Shown: positions 1 through 12,309 of the stretch, one piece after another
Numbering within the stretch: the first letter of the stretch is position 1
Layout of the letters: every line of letters starts with the position of its first letter
Source of the DNA: Tubiluchus corallicola
Taxonomy: Eukaryota; Animalia; Priapulida
Assembly (NCBI GenBank): GCA_030141605.1
Contig: JAQGDQ010001292.1
Coordinates: 1-49,268 of the forward strand
Direction: 5' to 3'
DNA: 49,268 nt
The notes under the pieces: generated by a model
Seen by the model: only the letters and a program-made list of their open reading frames with translations
Told to the model about the DNA's origin: nothing
The model's database searches: none
Made by a program: the position numbers and the translations under genes

Positions 1-58
1 TTTACTCAAAGCAAGTCCATGGTACACTCAGCTGCAGTACTGCTGAGCTGGAATGTTC

Positions 59-1116
59 GGCAATGGATGTACAGTTTTCCACAATGCTGAGTTTGACAAT
101 TGCCAGCAGATGTACAGTTTTTCACAATGCTGAGTTTGACAATTGCCAATGGATGAACAGTTTTTCACAATGCTGAACATGACAATTGCCAATGGATGAA
201 CAGTTTCTGACAATGTTGAGTTTGACAATTGGCAATGGATGTACAGTTTTTCACAATGCTGAGTTTAACAAATGGCAATGGATGTACAGTTTTCCACAAT
301 GCTGAGTTTGACAATTGCCAGCAGATGTACAGTTTTTCACAATGCTGAGTTTGACAATTGCCAATAGATGTACAGTTTTTGACAATGTTGAGTTTGACAA
401 TTGGCAATGGATGTACAGTTTTTCACAATGCTGAGTTTGACAATTGGCAATGGATGTACAGTTTTTCACAATGCTGAGTTTGACAATTGCCAATAGATGT
501 ACAGTTTTTGACAATGTTGAGTTTGACAATTGGCAATGGATGTACAGTTTTCCACAATGCTGAGTTTGACAATTGCCAGCAGATGTACAGTTTTTCACAA
601 TGCTGAGTTTGACAATTGCCAATGGATGAACAGTTTTTCACAATGCTGAACATGACAATTGCCAATGGATGAACAGTTTCTGACAATGTTGAGTTTGACA
701 ATTGGCAATGGATGTACAGTTTTTCACAATGCTGAACATGACAATTGCCAATAGATGTACAGTTTTTGACAATGTTGAGTTTGACAACTGCTGGCAGATG
801 TACAGGTTTTCACAATGCTGAGTTTGACAATTGCCAATGGATGAACAGTTTTTCACAATGCTGAACATGACAATTGCCAATGGATGAACAGTTTCTGACA
901 ATGTTGAGTTTGACAATTGGCAATGGATGTACAGTTTTTCACAATGCTGAACATGACAATTGCCAGCAGATGTACAGTTTTTCACAATGCTGAGTTTGAC
1001 AATTGCCAGCAGATGTACAGTTTTCCACAATGCTGAGTTTGACAATTGCCAGCAGATGTACAGTTTTTCACAATGCTGAGTTTGACAATTGCCAGTAGAT
1101 GTACAGTTTTTCACAA
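59..1116. repeat. 43-bp minisatellite (~24 copies)
   Basis: Unit CAATGGATGTACAGTTTTCCACAATGCTGAGTTTGACAATTGC recurs at 61, 104, 147...; a few interspersed variants; explains the overlapping repetitive ORFs 28..1186. Confidence 0.97.
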
Positions 1117-1780
1117 ATGTGTCATGTCCCATGCGCCATGTTTTAGAAATTATCGTGAGCCAAACAGACCACTTTGCTTTACCCACATGTCAGGTGACGG
1201 TTGTAATTAAGATGTGTTGCAGCGGTACACTTAACCTTTGACCTACGGGTATTACACGTGCGCACAACGAAATTGCAAGAAGGCTTATTGCAGTACTAGC
1301 ACAAACTAACATTCAGACAAAAAAGAAAAAATGTTGAGAGTTTGTTACGAGACGAACCAGACACAAGGTGGTACCCCCCCCCCCCCGGCAGGCTGTTGCT
1401 GTGTCTAATCACCCCTCCCCCTCCCCCTGGCAGGCTGTTGCTGTGTCAGATCAGACAAACGAATCAGCACCGAATAGTTCAGTCCCGAAAGATGGTAAAT
1501 TTTGTAGATATCATCATTCACAGCAGAGTAAACTGCAACAGTAATTGCCACGCTCTGTCTCCAGCTTTGCACTTTCCTTATTTTTTGCCATTCACTAATT
1601 TCATGTTACTATTTCTTATTCGGCCATGACGGGTTTCTTTAAGCATTTGTGTAGTCAAACAATTAATGGTAGACTCACAACAAAAACATGTTAGATGGAA
1701 GGAACAAAAACAGGAAATTTCTAGAACAGGCATTTATAGAGTTACTATTTACAAGCTGTAATAAATAAAAGTGAAGAAAG

Positions 1781-1998
1781 CATGAATAAGACTCTGACAA
1801 ATAACTAGGTCAATGTAAAGTCATACATTTATAATTATAACTAGAAATAACAATTAGAAATAATTAGTAACGTTTAGAAAAATTTAACAAGATTGTTACT
1901 AATTATTTCTAATTGTTATTTCTAGTTATAATTATAAATGTATGACTTTAAACTGACATTTTACATCAACCTACTTATTTGTCAAAGTCTTACTCATG
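1781..1998. mobile_element. AT-rich foldback/MITE-like palindrome
   Basis: 1781-1871 is the near-perfect reverse complement of 1895-1998 (one ~12-bp insertion in the right arm). Confidence 0.75.
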
Positions 1999-2017
1999 TG
2001 TTTTTATCACCCATATT

Positions 2018-2641
2018 CAGGGATGAGAATGACAAATTGCAAAAACTCTGAAACGGGACGGGGGTTTGGGGGGCCGCGGAGCCATAAAGACCCCAATTTT
2101 GTGTCCATAGAGAGCCTCTAAGTGGACTTTAAATATCAGTTACCTTGTTTCATGCATAATTTAAAATACCCAACTATCAAGGATACATGATACCTAATTG
2201 TCTCAAAAACGTCTAAGTACTGGCCGTTCCTATGCAAAAGTATATAAAAACTGTCTGCAATTGACTCAAATTACTTCACACAATTGATTCTATATTTTTA
2301 TACATAGAGATATACACGTGGTTGCACTGATGTACGTGATGCAAACAAAGTGACGGCCTGCCAACTAGTGGTCAGCTCGTGAAATAATGTACTGTCTGCA
2401 ATTGACTCATATAACTCCGCACAATTGATTCTATATTTTTATACATAGAGATATACACGTGGTTACACTGATGCACGTGATGTAAACAAAGTGACGGCCT
2501 GCCAACTAGCGGTCAGTTTGTGAAACAATGTACGGGGTCCGTAAAAATTTTCTCAACGAATTTACACGATTTACAAAAATGGCACTACTGGTCTTCCAAA
2601 AACTCGGAATTAAGCGTATTCGCGGAAATTTCTCATCTCTG
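2018..2641. mobile_element. Non-autonomous hAT-like element (copy 1, with internal ~139-bp tandem duplication)
   Basis: TIRs CAGGGATGAGAA...TTCTCATCTCTG (Ac-like CAGGGATGA end); near-identical to 5676..6160; TSD not clearly resolved. Confidence 0.85.
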
Positions 2642-2874
2642 TATATTTATTACAGTGTTACTACATTTTAAGCACACTGCCTTCGTTAATTAACTAATTA
2701 TCAACCACTTTGCATAACAGCAAAGATTTAATAATAAACCCAGCATCTACAAAATCCACTTTTCTAAATTTCAAGACAAGGAGAGGCATAAACGGTTTAC
2801 AAAAGGACGATCCTCAAAAATGTCGCTCGTTTCTAGAAAAACCTTTGCTACCACATGCAAAGAATATACTGTAC

Positions 2875-3057
2875 CGTGCATTTTCCGTGGTCCGGGGGGT
2901 GGATTCCAACCGCTCACAGTCAACACTTTCAGACACTGGGGTGCTCTTTGATCTTTGGAGATGGGATGCAGCGGCATTAACGGCCGCTCTTTACAGTCGG
3001 GGATTATGTAATCCGGAGGCGTACAGTCGACTGACTCGCGTCGTGATTTTTTCTTTT
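2875..3057 (-). CDS. clu: Clustered mitochondria protein (clueless/CLUH), coding exon 5; gene continues left of the window
   Basis: ag|AA AAG...; EKKKSRRESVDCTPPDYIIPDCKERPLMPLHPISKDQRAPQCLKVLTVSGWNPPPGPRKMH-G|gtacag; the SGWNPPP-R-MHG motif is a CLUH hallmark; phase matches exon 4. Confidence 0.93.
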
Positions 3058-3556
3058 CTGTAAGAAAATTCAGGCTAGAATAAGAATGACATCAAATACT
3101 GGCTCATCCTTTAACGCAAAAGTCAGAACGTACACAGAGCTCATTTACTTTTCAAATTATAATTACTGTTAAGGTCAGTTTCTGGCCTTAACATGTAGGT
3201 GGCAGCACCTATAATTTTACCTGTGAAGTTGTAAATTAGGTTGAGCCTCACTAAACACGCTTACAGAAGCCTCGGTAAACGTTAAATAATGTTTAGATAA
3301 ATTTTCAAGTAATTATTTGTAGCGTCTCTAACTGATTTGCTGTAAACCAGTATGACGTTCCAAGGATGTATTAAGTTGTTACAGCCGCATGATGTGAGTA
3401 ATATTTACTTTTATTGTCTTAAATTATAATAATTAGATCAGTATACATTTGTAAGCAGTCAAATTTATTATTTTCATTTTTTTATATACAGAAATAAAGA
3501 TTTCTGAGAGCACCATATGCAATGAAGGAAATTCTTTTGTGTTCCCATCACAATTA

Positions 3557-4133
3557 GGGGAGACCCGGGTAAAGTGGATCACTGGGCAAAGCGGATCAAA
3601 TGTGTTTGCTCTTTTTTCCGTAAGGCGTCGAAGTCTATGCACTGCGTGATGTTACATCATCATCTACTGTATACGCTGCATAAATGACCTCGACCTTTGC
3701 AAAGTTTGTACACAAAAATAAGTTTTTCACCCACTTTCTGGCAATTTTTCACTTTTGTAGATGATAAATTCCACTTAGTGCAGATTTATTCGCTACCATT
3801 ATTATATATGATGGATGGTTCACTGCTGCTTCATATCAATTTATTTTTGCAAAATAGACAAAATCCATTTAAAAGATATTGTTAGTTATGGTGAGCTCAG
3901 CCGCTCCGGTATGATCCATTATGCCCGTAAAAGATCCACTTTGCCCTAGAAATTTTGGTTTCGCATTTCGGAATTATCTGTTAAACGAGTAATAGTAATT
4001 ATACGTTTTTACCACATGAATGTAGCAGAGTTTCTTACGGAAGAATAGGGCATGTGATTGATTGTTACAGATCAAACGTCTTGAACTCTATGAGGGAAAA
4101 CCCTTAAGTGATCCACTTTACCCGGGTCTCCCC
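3557..4133. mobile_element. MITE, Tc1/mariner-pogo type
   Basis: Perfect 27-bp TIR GGGGAGACCCGGGTAAAGTGGATCACT flanked by TA on both sides. Confidence 0.88.
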
Positions 4134-4998
4134 TACTAAGCATTACACTCCTGCTGTTATTACGTAACACAGAGCTTTATTGAAATCCTCTTACGTAAGT
4201 ATATTACTCAAACACTGTGATTAATTATAACGGCTGCCTAGAGAGACACAGCATGACTTGTATAATTAACTACAGTCACTATCATTAGGCATCTCCCTCT
4301 CCTCCTTCCCTTTTCCAGGAAGCAAAGAATTCCAAATCCAAATTCCAAAAAACGTTATCTTGTCAGGTATATACTTCTGAAAAGTATTTGTAGTTTGTTA
4401 GGGGAGCATTGCTGTACAAGCATTTGAAATCATTAGCACTTGTGGTATGTTTTACCTCTGCAAATGTTTTAAACGATTACCGGGTGTGATATGTTAATTC
4501 ATGATTCACAATTTTCCCAATTCAGACTGCATGCCAGTAAAGCAGATTTGTTGTTGCGCTCGGCTGTATTGCAGCTTTAGCTTGACCGTGTAGTGTAAAG
4601 TCAAGAGAATCGCATTTAACAGTCGCCTTGAGAAGGACTGTTTTCGTTTAGGCAGAAAACGCAATTTGTTTCCTAGTCTAAAAACGACGCTCAATAATAA
4701 TGAAGTTAGACATAGAACATTTATGTTCTCCAATTAGTCTAACATCAAAAGTTTTTTAAATATTAAGTAACTATAATCATGGAGCCAGGCAGGGAAGGAC
4801 CCCATAGGGTCATCTAGTCTCCTGCCCTTTCTTGTAAGTAGATTAGTCTATTAAAAATTAACGGTGATGCTGTAGATAACAAAAAAAAATAAGAAAAAAA
4901 TAAGAAAAATATAAATTATACAAATTATCCAAAAAGAACTGAAGTTACGTTGCGCTTTATGCCAATGTGAAAACCAGGCCAGATGTCTGTACGTTGCC

Positions 4999-5003
<5 letters not shown>

Positions 5004-5063
<60 letters not shown>
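5004..5063. repeat. (GT)n microsatellite
   Basis: ~30 GT units. Confidence 0.98.
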
Positions 5064-5067
<4 letters not shown>

Positions 5068-5274
5068 GCATGTTAATGGTTTTTTCTGCTCACTACCTTA
5101 CCTTACTGTTTTACACCAAATACTATGCATAATTAAACTAAAACAAATAAATAACACAAAGAAAATTATTTTAACAGAACTGGGTTTGTGAAAAAGAAGT
5201 TTCAGTTTGTTTTTACACACTGTTTTAACACAAAATATCGAAGTATTATTGCATTTTTGTCTAAAAACACTTAC

Positions 5275-5418
5275 CCAGTATATCACCATTAGTCACCGTG
5301 TTAAGAAACGACAAAGACATGCAGTCTACGCCACTGTACGCATCAGAATTGTCCAATGACTTGAGCAAATCACGCACATGTCGCACGTGTATTCTAGCCT
5401 CACGTGCCGTGTATGGCT
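5275..5418 (-). CDS. clu: clueless/CLUH coding exon 4
   Basis: ttttcag|AG CCA TAC...: [48 protein letters not shown]|gtaag; not in the ORF track; matches the recalled [26 protein letters not shown] motif. Confidence 0.95.
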
Positions 5419-5675
5419 CTGAAAATGCACTTGCTGATTACTGGTTAATGCATTCAGCAATGCATAATTTAATAGCTGAATTTAAATCAGTTACTAAACA
5501 AGACCAGTCTCGTTTATTAGGCCATATATTAGTACGCTGACTGTTGCACCCTCAGCCCCAGGCATTATGTGACAGAAAAAAACAGATTACATACTTGAAA
5601 TAAAGTAACAATTTGCATCAGCTTTTGCAGTCATCAGCACTGAAGACAGCCGCTATTGCTCGCAAACACATGTAA

Positions 5676-6160
5676 CAGGGGTGAGAATGACAAATTGCAA
5701 AAAAACTCTTAAATAGGCTGGGGGTTTGGGGGCCACCTAGGCAGCAACAAATTGCAATTTTGCGACCATAGAGAACCTCTAAGTGAACTTAAAATATCAG
5801 TTACCTTGTTTCATGCATAATTTAAAATACCCAACTATCAAAGATACATGATACCTAATTGTCTCAAAAACGCCTAAGTACTGGCCGCTCCTATGCAAAA
5901 ATATATAAAACCGTCTGCAATTGACTCAAATAACTCCGCACAATTGATTCTATATTTTTATACATAGAGATATACACGTGGTTACACTGATGTACGTGAT
6001 GTAAACAAAGTGACGGCCTGCCAACTAGCGGTCAGCTTGTGAAATAATGTACTGGGTCCGTAAAAATTTTCTCAACGAATTTACGTGATTTACAAAAATG
6101 GCACTACTGGTCTTCCAAAAACTCGGAATTCCGCGTATCCGCGGAAAATTCTCATCCCTG
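5676..6160. mobile_element. Non-autonomous hAT-like element (copy 2)
   Basis: TIRs CAGGGGTGAGAAT...ATTCTCATCCCTG; same family as 2018..2641. Confidence 0.85.
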
Positions 6161-6229
6161 CAGGAAACGCCGGTTGCAAACTAAATTAAATCGGTAAACT
6201 TATTTCAGAAATAAAACCCACGCCCTTAC

Positions 6230-6401
6230 CTTCGACGACTTTTAAGTGAGAACCTTCCTTCAGCCCCTCTATGCTTTTCAGCTCGGCAAAGTTGTCCAGC
6301 GTGTTGCCGTCCAACTGTACGGAGAAGCAAGTTCTATGACACGTGTCTTCCCGGTCCATTAGAACTTGATGTATCTCCTGCACTAGTTCCATCGAGCTGA
6401 C
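6230..6401 (-). CDS. clu: clueless/CLUH coding exon 3 (CLU_N domain)
   Basis: ttttgcag|[57 protein letters not shown]|gtaagg; [21 protein letters not shown] is typical of CLUH. Confidence 0.96.
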
Positions 6402-6444
6402 CTGCAAAAGCAGAGTGAAAGCAGGTAAAAAACATATCACCAAG

Positions 6445-6868
6445 TAAGCAAGCAAGCGTGTAAATAAGTGTAAGTAAGTATGTAAGTGTGTAAATAAGTA
6501 AGTAAGTGTGTAAATAAGTAAGTAAGTGTGTAAGTGTGCAAGTAAGTAAGTAAGAAAGTAAGTACGTAAGTAAGTAAGTGTGTAAATAAGTAAGTAAGTG
6601 TGTAAATAAGTAAGTGTGTAAATGAGTAAGTAAGTGTGTAAATAAGTAAGTGTGTAAATAAGTGTGTAAATAAGTAAGTAAGTAAGTGTGTAAATAAGTA
6701 AGTAAGTGTGTAAATAAGTAAGTAAGTAAGTAAGTGTGTAAATAAGTAAGTAAGTAAGTAAGTGTGTAAATAAGTAAGTGTGTAAATAAGTAAGTAAGTA
6801 AGTGTGTAAATAAGTAAGTGTGTAAATAAGTAAGTAAGTAAGTGTGTAAATAAGTAAGTAAGTAAGTA
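6445..6868. repeat. Compound (TAAG)n/GTGTAAATAA microsatellite
   Basis: Direct reading. Confidence 0.95.
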
Positions 6869-7348
6869 TCTTTACTTAATCACCTTTTTTACAAGAGAAA
6901 TACAGAGCATGAAACGATAATATGATACAAAGTGACAAAATTATTAAATGAATAAATTATCCGAGTTAATGATTTTCAAGTGATTGGTGAAAGGGTGGCA
7001 AAAAACTAAAAGTTACCAAAGTCAACCACCCTGTGATTATTGCTATTAGTAATTACTTACAGGGTGGTTGACTTTGGTAACTTTTAGTCTAGCAAAAACA
7101 AAAAATAGGGAAAAAAAGCAACACGCTCATCGCGTGTATGCTATTACCATGATGACTTGCCAAAAATGTACAAAAAGCATGTTATCAAAATCACCACATT
7201 AATCAGGACTTGAGTCAACTAGCAAGTTACTCAAGTTTATTTCAACTGCTAAATGATTATAACCTAAGCAAAAATACTTAGTTTGTATTGTAATCAACAA
7301 TCTATACATGTAAACGGGCGTACAAAAATACATATTGCTTTGAAATAG

Positions 7349-8320
7349 GTTGCTGCTGCTGTCAGTGTAGAAGTGTTACTGTTACTACTGCTACTGCTGC
7401 TACTTCTACTCCTTCTACTGTTACTGTTGCTACTTCTACTCCTGCTACTACTACTGCTGCTACTTCTACTCCTACTGTTGCTACTACTACTTCTACTCCT
7501 ACTACTACTGCTGCTGCTACTACTACTGTTACTACTGCTACTACTGTTACTGCTATTACTACTACTACTACTACTGCTACTACTACTACTGCTGCTACTA
7601 CTACTGTTACTACTGCTACTACTGTTACTGCTATTACTACTACTACTACTACTGCTGCTGCTACTTCTACTCCTACTGCTACTGTTACTACTACACTTCT
7701 ACTCCTTACCTAGCTGCTGCTACACACTGTTACTACTGCTACTATGTTACTGCTATTACTACTACTACTGCACGCTGCTACTTCTACCCTCTTACTAACG
7801 CTGCACCACTACCCTACTACTACTGTTACTACTACTACTTATCCTACTACTACTGCTGCCCCTACTACTACTGTTACTGCTATTACTACTACTACTGCCA
7901 ACAACCACTTCTACTACTGCTGCTACTACTACTCCTACTACTACTGTTACTACTACTACTTCTACTCCTACTACTACTGCTGCTGCTACTACTACTGTTA
8001 CTACTGCTACTACTGTTACTGCTATTACTACTACTACTGCTACTGCTGCTACTTCTACTACTACTGCTGCTACTACTACTACTTCTACTCCTACTGTTAC
8101 TACTACTCCTACTACTACTGTTACTACTACTACTTCTACTCCTACTGCTGCTGCTACTACTACTGTTACTACTGTTACTGCTGCTACTACTGTTACTGCT
8201 ATTACTACTACTACTGCCACTGCTGCTACTACTACTACTGCTCCTACTACTACTACTGTTATTGCTGTTCATGTAACTGCTACTGCTACTACTACTAATA
8301 CTACTGCTACTACTACCACT
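7349..8320. repeat. Degenerate (TAC/TGC)n trinucleotide repeat
   Basis: Direct reading; source of the poly-L/Y/T/S/V ORFs. Confidence 0.97.
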
Positions 8321-8811
8321 TCTAGATTCGCTGAGCTGCGCGTAGCTTTGAAAGTTTAACAAAATTTGAGTATCCGAGGTAATTATCATTTAATCTAAGT
8401 TTTGATTTAAAATAAGCTATTGTAGTTTTCAATATTTTGGAGCATTCTCTATTCAGAACTCGTGTTTACACAACCATGCGGTTTTCCTTTCAATTTAAAC
8501 TGTAGATGTGCTGCAGCAAAAGTGTATATTATGTTATTCTATATTTATGACACTATTGAAGGAGCAGTAAAATTATAAGCAAAAATTTTTTACTTGTCTC
8601 AATTCTAAAATAAAACATTCCGCAGAGGGTAAAGATTCGGTAAATTAGAGACCCGTTCGCTAGTAAAACGCTAAACATAGAATTTCAACATTTTATTTTA
8701 AAATTTGATTGTAAAGACTTTCGTCAATACAGCCACATGGCCAACTTGGACAAATTTATGCTCTTGCTAAAGACACATTGGGAAAATTTCAAGCAACTTG
8801 CAAATGCTGTG

Positions 8812-9007
8812 ACATAAATACACAAGCTTATGTATAAAGTACTTGAAAATACTTTTAGGTACATAATCAAATAAATACTTCTACTTGTTATAATTACGTA
8901 CAATGCTGTGACGTTTAACATAAATACACAAGCTTATGTATAAAGTACTTGAAAATACTTTTAAGTACATAGTCAAATAAATATTTCTACTTGTTATAAT
9001 TACGTAC
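8812..9007. repeat. ~106-bp direct tandem duplication
   Basis: ACATAAATACACAAGCTTATGTATAAAGTACTTGAAAATAC... at ~8812 and ~8918. Confidence 0.85.
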
Positions 9008-9789
9008 TTGATTGTATGTAATTAATTATTAAATGACTTGAGTGCTGTCAGTGCATGTACATTAGTATTAGCCTGCATTGTTAAAACACAAGAAAACAAT
9101 TCATAAATATAAAGCCTAAAAAATTCGTTTTAAAATTTTATATCACTTACATGCTGCCTTTTTCAATCGGCAGTCACGCTGTATAAGACATGTAAATTTA
9201 AACTCCCGCGGTGACCGTTAGACGCAGCCATTTTCACGACAGGTCATTTGAAACAAGTTTAGATAACATTGTGTAAAGTTCGAAAAAATAATCAGAGCAT
9301 TCCTAGCGCACAAGTCACTAACTAAGTATAATGTTAAATTACTGTATCTTGTCAATAAGATTAAAAATAAGTTTTTTTGGTTAGTGAGTGCTGCACCGTA
9401 GAGGGTGAGTCAGCGACATTTTACCAATTGGTAAAAACATTTTAAATAATTAGTAATTTTCTTTTCTAGTTACACAAGTCTTTCTAGCAGGTAAGCGAAA
9501 ATCTAAGTAATATAGATTTGCACCGAAAGTCTTTTGAGATATAATTTAACATTGCCTTTTCTTCCCTTGATTTATGTTTGGTACATGACGTCATGTAATG
9601 GCGACATCGGAACAGTATTGCGGGAGATTTAAAATGAAGACAATCTAAAATTCCTTTCAGTGCGAGTAAGATATTCGCATAAAATTGCTAGTAAAAGTAA
9701 TGTAATTGTTTAAGACGATTTTTCTGAAACCTACTTCAGGTACCCCCTTTTCTAAAAGTCATGCGGACAGAGATTCTATCTTTACTCAC

Positions 9790-9986
9790 CTGAAGATCGA
9801 ATGTTTCTACACCGGGAACGCTGACATGTACGGTGAAGCCCGTATCCTGTATCAATACTACCTCTGATGGTGTACCTATCTTACAATCCTGCTTTTCCCC
9901 AACCGGCTCCGAAGACACTTCCTCGGAACCCGTGGTTTTGTCTTTGGACGTCTCATTGTGATTATGCAGCTGTGAAGATGGTGTTG
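9790..9986 (-). CDS. clu: clueless/CLUH coding exon 2
   Basis: ttttgtag|...EVVLIQDTGFTVHVSVPGVETFDLQ|gtgagt; QDTGF..PG.E.F.LQ matches CLUH; phase 1 in, phase 0 out. Confidence 0.92.
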
Positions 9987-10085
9987 CTACAAAATACAAG
10001 ACGGCTTGAAAATGTATGCGTAAAATTGTGCTTAATACTCAAAGAGCGCTGGTTCAAATATGAACGTTAAAAGAAAAAATCTTAC

Positions 10086-10212
10086 GAGAAGAAGAAGCAG
10101 ATGCACCATTAACGAGGTGATTCTGTGCGTTATTTAAAGCAGCATTTTTATCTGATTTCGAGTTAGTTTCCTGCGTACTGCTTTCGTTTTCTGCATAAAA
10201 TTTCCCAGCCAT
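10086..10212 (-). CDS. clu: clueless/CLUH probable first coding exon
   Basis: ATG GCT GGG...MAGKFYAENESSTQETNSKSDKNAALNNAQNHLVNGASASSS-C|gtaag; phase 1 joins exon 2 in frame; low-complexity N-terminus, so identity rests on phase continuity. Confidence 0.72.
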
Positions 10213-12309
10213 CACTTCAAGGTTGGAAGGCACACAAATGTCACATATGGGTACACGCGAGCACGTGGAGCATGACGCAATTTGTACGAAAGCGTTGAAG
10301 AGTGTGTAGGGTTTACGGGCATTCTCCACGACGTGCTTATATATGCAAGCCTTTTAATTGCAAACGTTCTGCATGCTTTTAGATCAGGCCATCTGTCTTA
10401 ACGTTATAAGATAATACATATTTAATTTTCGTTTACAAGAACAGTGATAATTAATGTAAAAGTCCCACAATTAAAAGTGAAGAAAAAACATGTTTCAGAC
10501 TACAATAATGGTAATTCATTTTCAGGTGAAAGAAAAGATCATGCGCACTTACATTATCTTCTCACTGCAAAGGCGAGCTAAAGGAAATCTGAAAATGCCC
10601 ACGCACGACAAAAGGTCGTTAGAAACAAGAACAGTACGTAATGTTTGATGACAATTCTCATACAATATTCATGCAAGATAGTGTTAAATACGTTAAAAAG
10701 CACAATAGCTATGATAACAAACTTTCTCTTTATAAACATTAAGTGCACAAGCAGAACAATGTAATGCAACTGATGTATAACATGCAAGATCACTTTCCAA
10801 AATGCCAGCAATTAGGTATATATTATATCAACTGGCACATACGCATGGCTATGTATAAATGCGTAAATGGAAAAAATTTGTCACTAATGTTAAAATTTAC
10901 AGCAAGTGTTCTATGTGTCCACCATTTTAACACAAATTAGGCGAAAGCATTTCTTCCCACAACTGACAGAGTTTATCACTTATTTAAGGTGTATATTTGG
11001 TTCCAGCTGTCAACAATTTTTGCCCTTAGTTCCCTTGCACCAAACAGCTCTGTCAAATCATTGTGCACTTACTTTTGAAGGAAATTCCAGATACTCCAAT
11101 TCAGAAGATTATGTCACTTTTTCTCTTGGCGAGAAATCTTTATCAGTGCTTCATTTTCAGGGGTGAAAACCAGATTTCTTTTTCTGCCATGCATTGAGTG
11201 TTTTGTACGTCAGTGTGGCTACTTTTCAGCTGATGATTGTAGCTGACACTGCTGCAGCATTTAAATTTTCAACATGCAAAATTTTTTGGCCTTTAATTAA
11301 AAACACAAATAAACTTGTAATTTTCACAGCTAAAAGACCACACTGTGACATTTTCAACTTTACAGGGCACTTGCTTCCAACATTATTGCAGTCTAAACTT
11401 TGTCACATTTTTTCTGACCCTTTCTGACTTATATGCATATCATTGCCACGCCAATATTAACCTAAACAATTCAACCTAAACAAGCAGATGGAACAGAATG
11501 AACTGAGCTGTGCAAATCCTTTAGTACAAACACACAACCGTTACATTTACCTTTACCATTGCAGGATAGAGGTTAAGCTGATAAATAGCTTATACGCCTC
11601 TCCAATCGTCTTTGAATTCTATATTTAAGTCTTAAAAGAAACAGAGGCACTCCATGATCATGGGCTGCGTCACAAAACATTTTTGCTGCCATTGAAGCAG
11701 TCTAGGATCGACAAACTTTTCTGGGTTGTGCTGCCAATATCGATCAAATTGGGTCCTAAACAAGGAAGGGTGCAAAACAAACACAAATAATCAAGAATAA
11801 CAATAACTTATAATGTCATATTTCAGAAACAAAGATAATTTATTTCTCATCATTTTATAGGCAATTGAAAAGTTTTTTGTTTTGTTGTCTGCAGTTGATA
11901 ATTCATTCAAAGCTAAGAATGCAACAGCTTTATATCACCCATCAGAAAAGATAGAAGAAACAAGCTACCAGGTGTTTAGTCTCTTTTAGCAAAAGTCTCT
12001 GTTACTCATGGCAAATCTGGCAATGAATTAACAAGGCAAAACACTGCTAGAAATAAAAGCAGATTATGTGCTTTCATTTTCACAATACAATTATACAATG
12101 AAAAGTTATCAATATATTAAAGTGTTTTGTATATAGCCACAACAATAATGTTTCTGTTTGCAGGCACAAAGCGCATAAACTGGCTTTAGCTATTGCAATT
12201 ATAGAACTACATGTAAAATTAATTTAGCCATCGCATAACCAGACAGGACATGCAAAGTAAAGTACACTCAAATATAATTTACATTACTCATTAATGAATT
12301 TGTGCATTA

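Noticed and set aside
59-1116. CRISPR-like array / Cys-His-rich ORFs
   Set aside because: Contiguous units with no unique spacers, no cas genes, eukaryotic intron; the ORFs are by-products of a 43-bp period
7373-8389. Long poly-L/T/Y/S/V ORFs (also 14617-14889, 23889-24323, 33452-35247, 41096-41545, 48675-49118)
   Set aside because: Translations of trinucleotide microsatellites; no flanking coding signal; not mucins
9203-9630. MITE with AACTCCCGC/GCGGGAGATT ends
   Set aside because: Inverted match too short and degenerate; no TSD
9736-9760. FRKGG resembling the GGT C-terminal D-x-RKGG motif
   Set aside because: Lies in clu intron 2 read-through, lacks the Asp and surrounding similarity
11632-11755. 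Possible minus-strand terminal exon (TQFDRYWQHNPEKFVDPRLLQWQQKC...)
   Set aside because: Acceptor-like site and a short open frame, but no recognisable homology or partner exon
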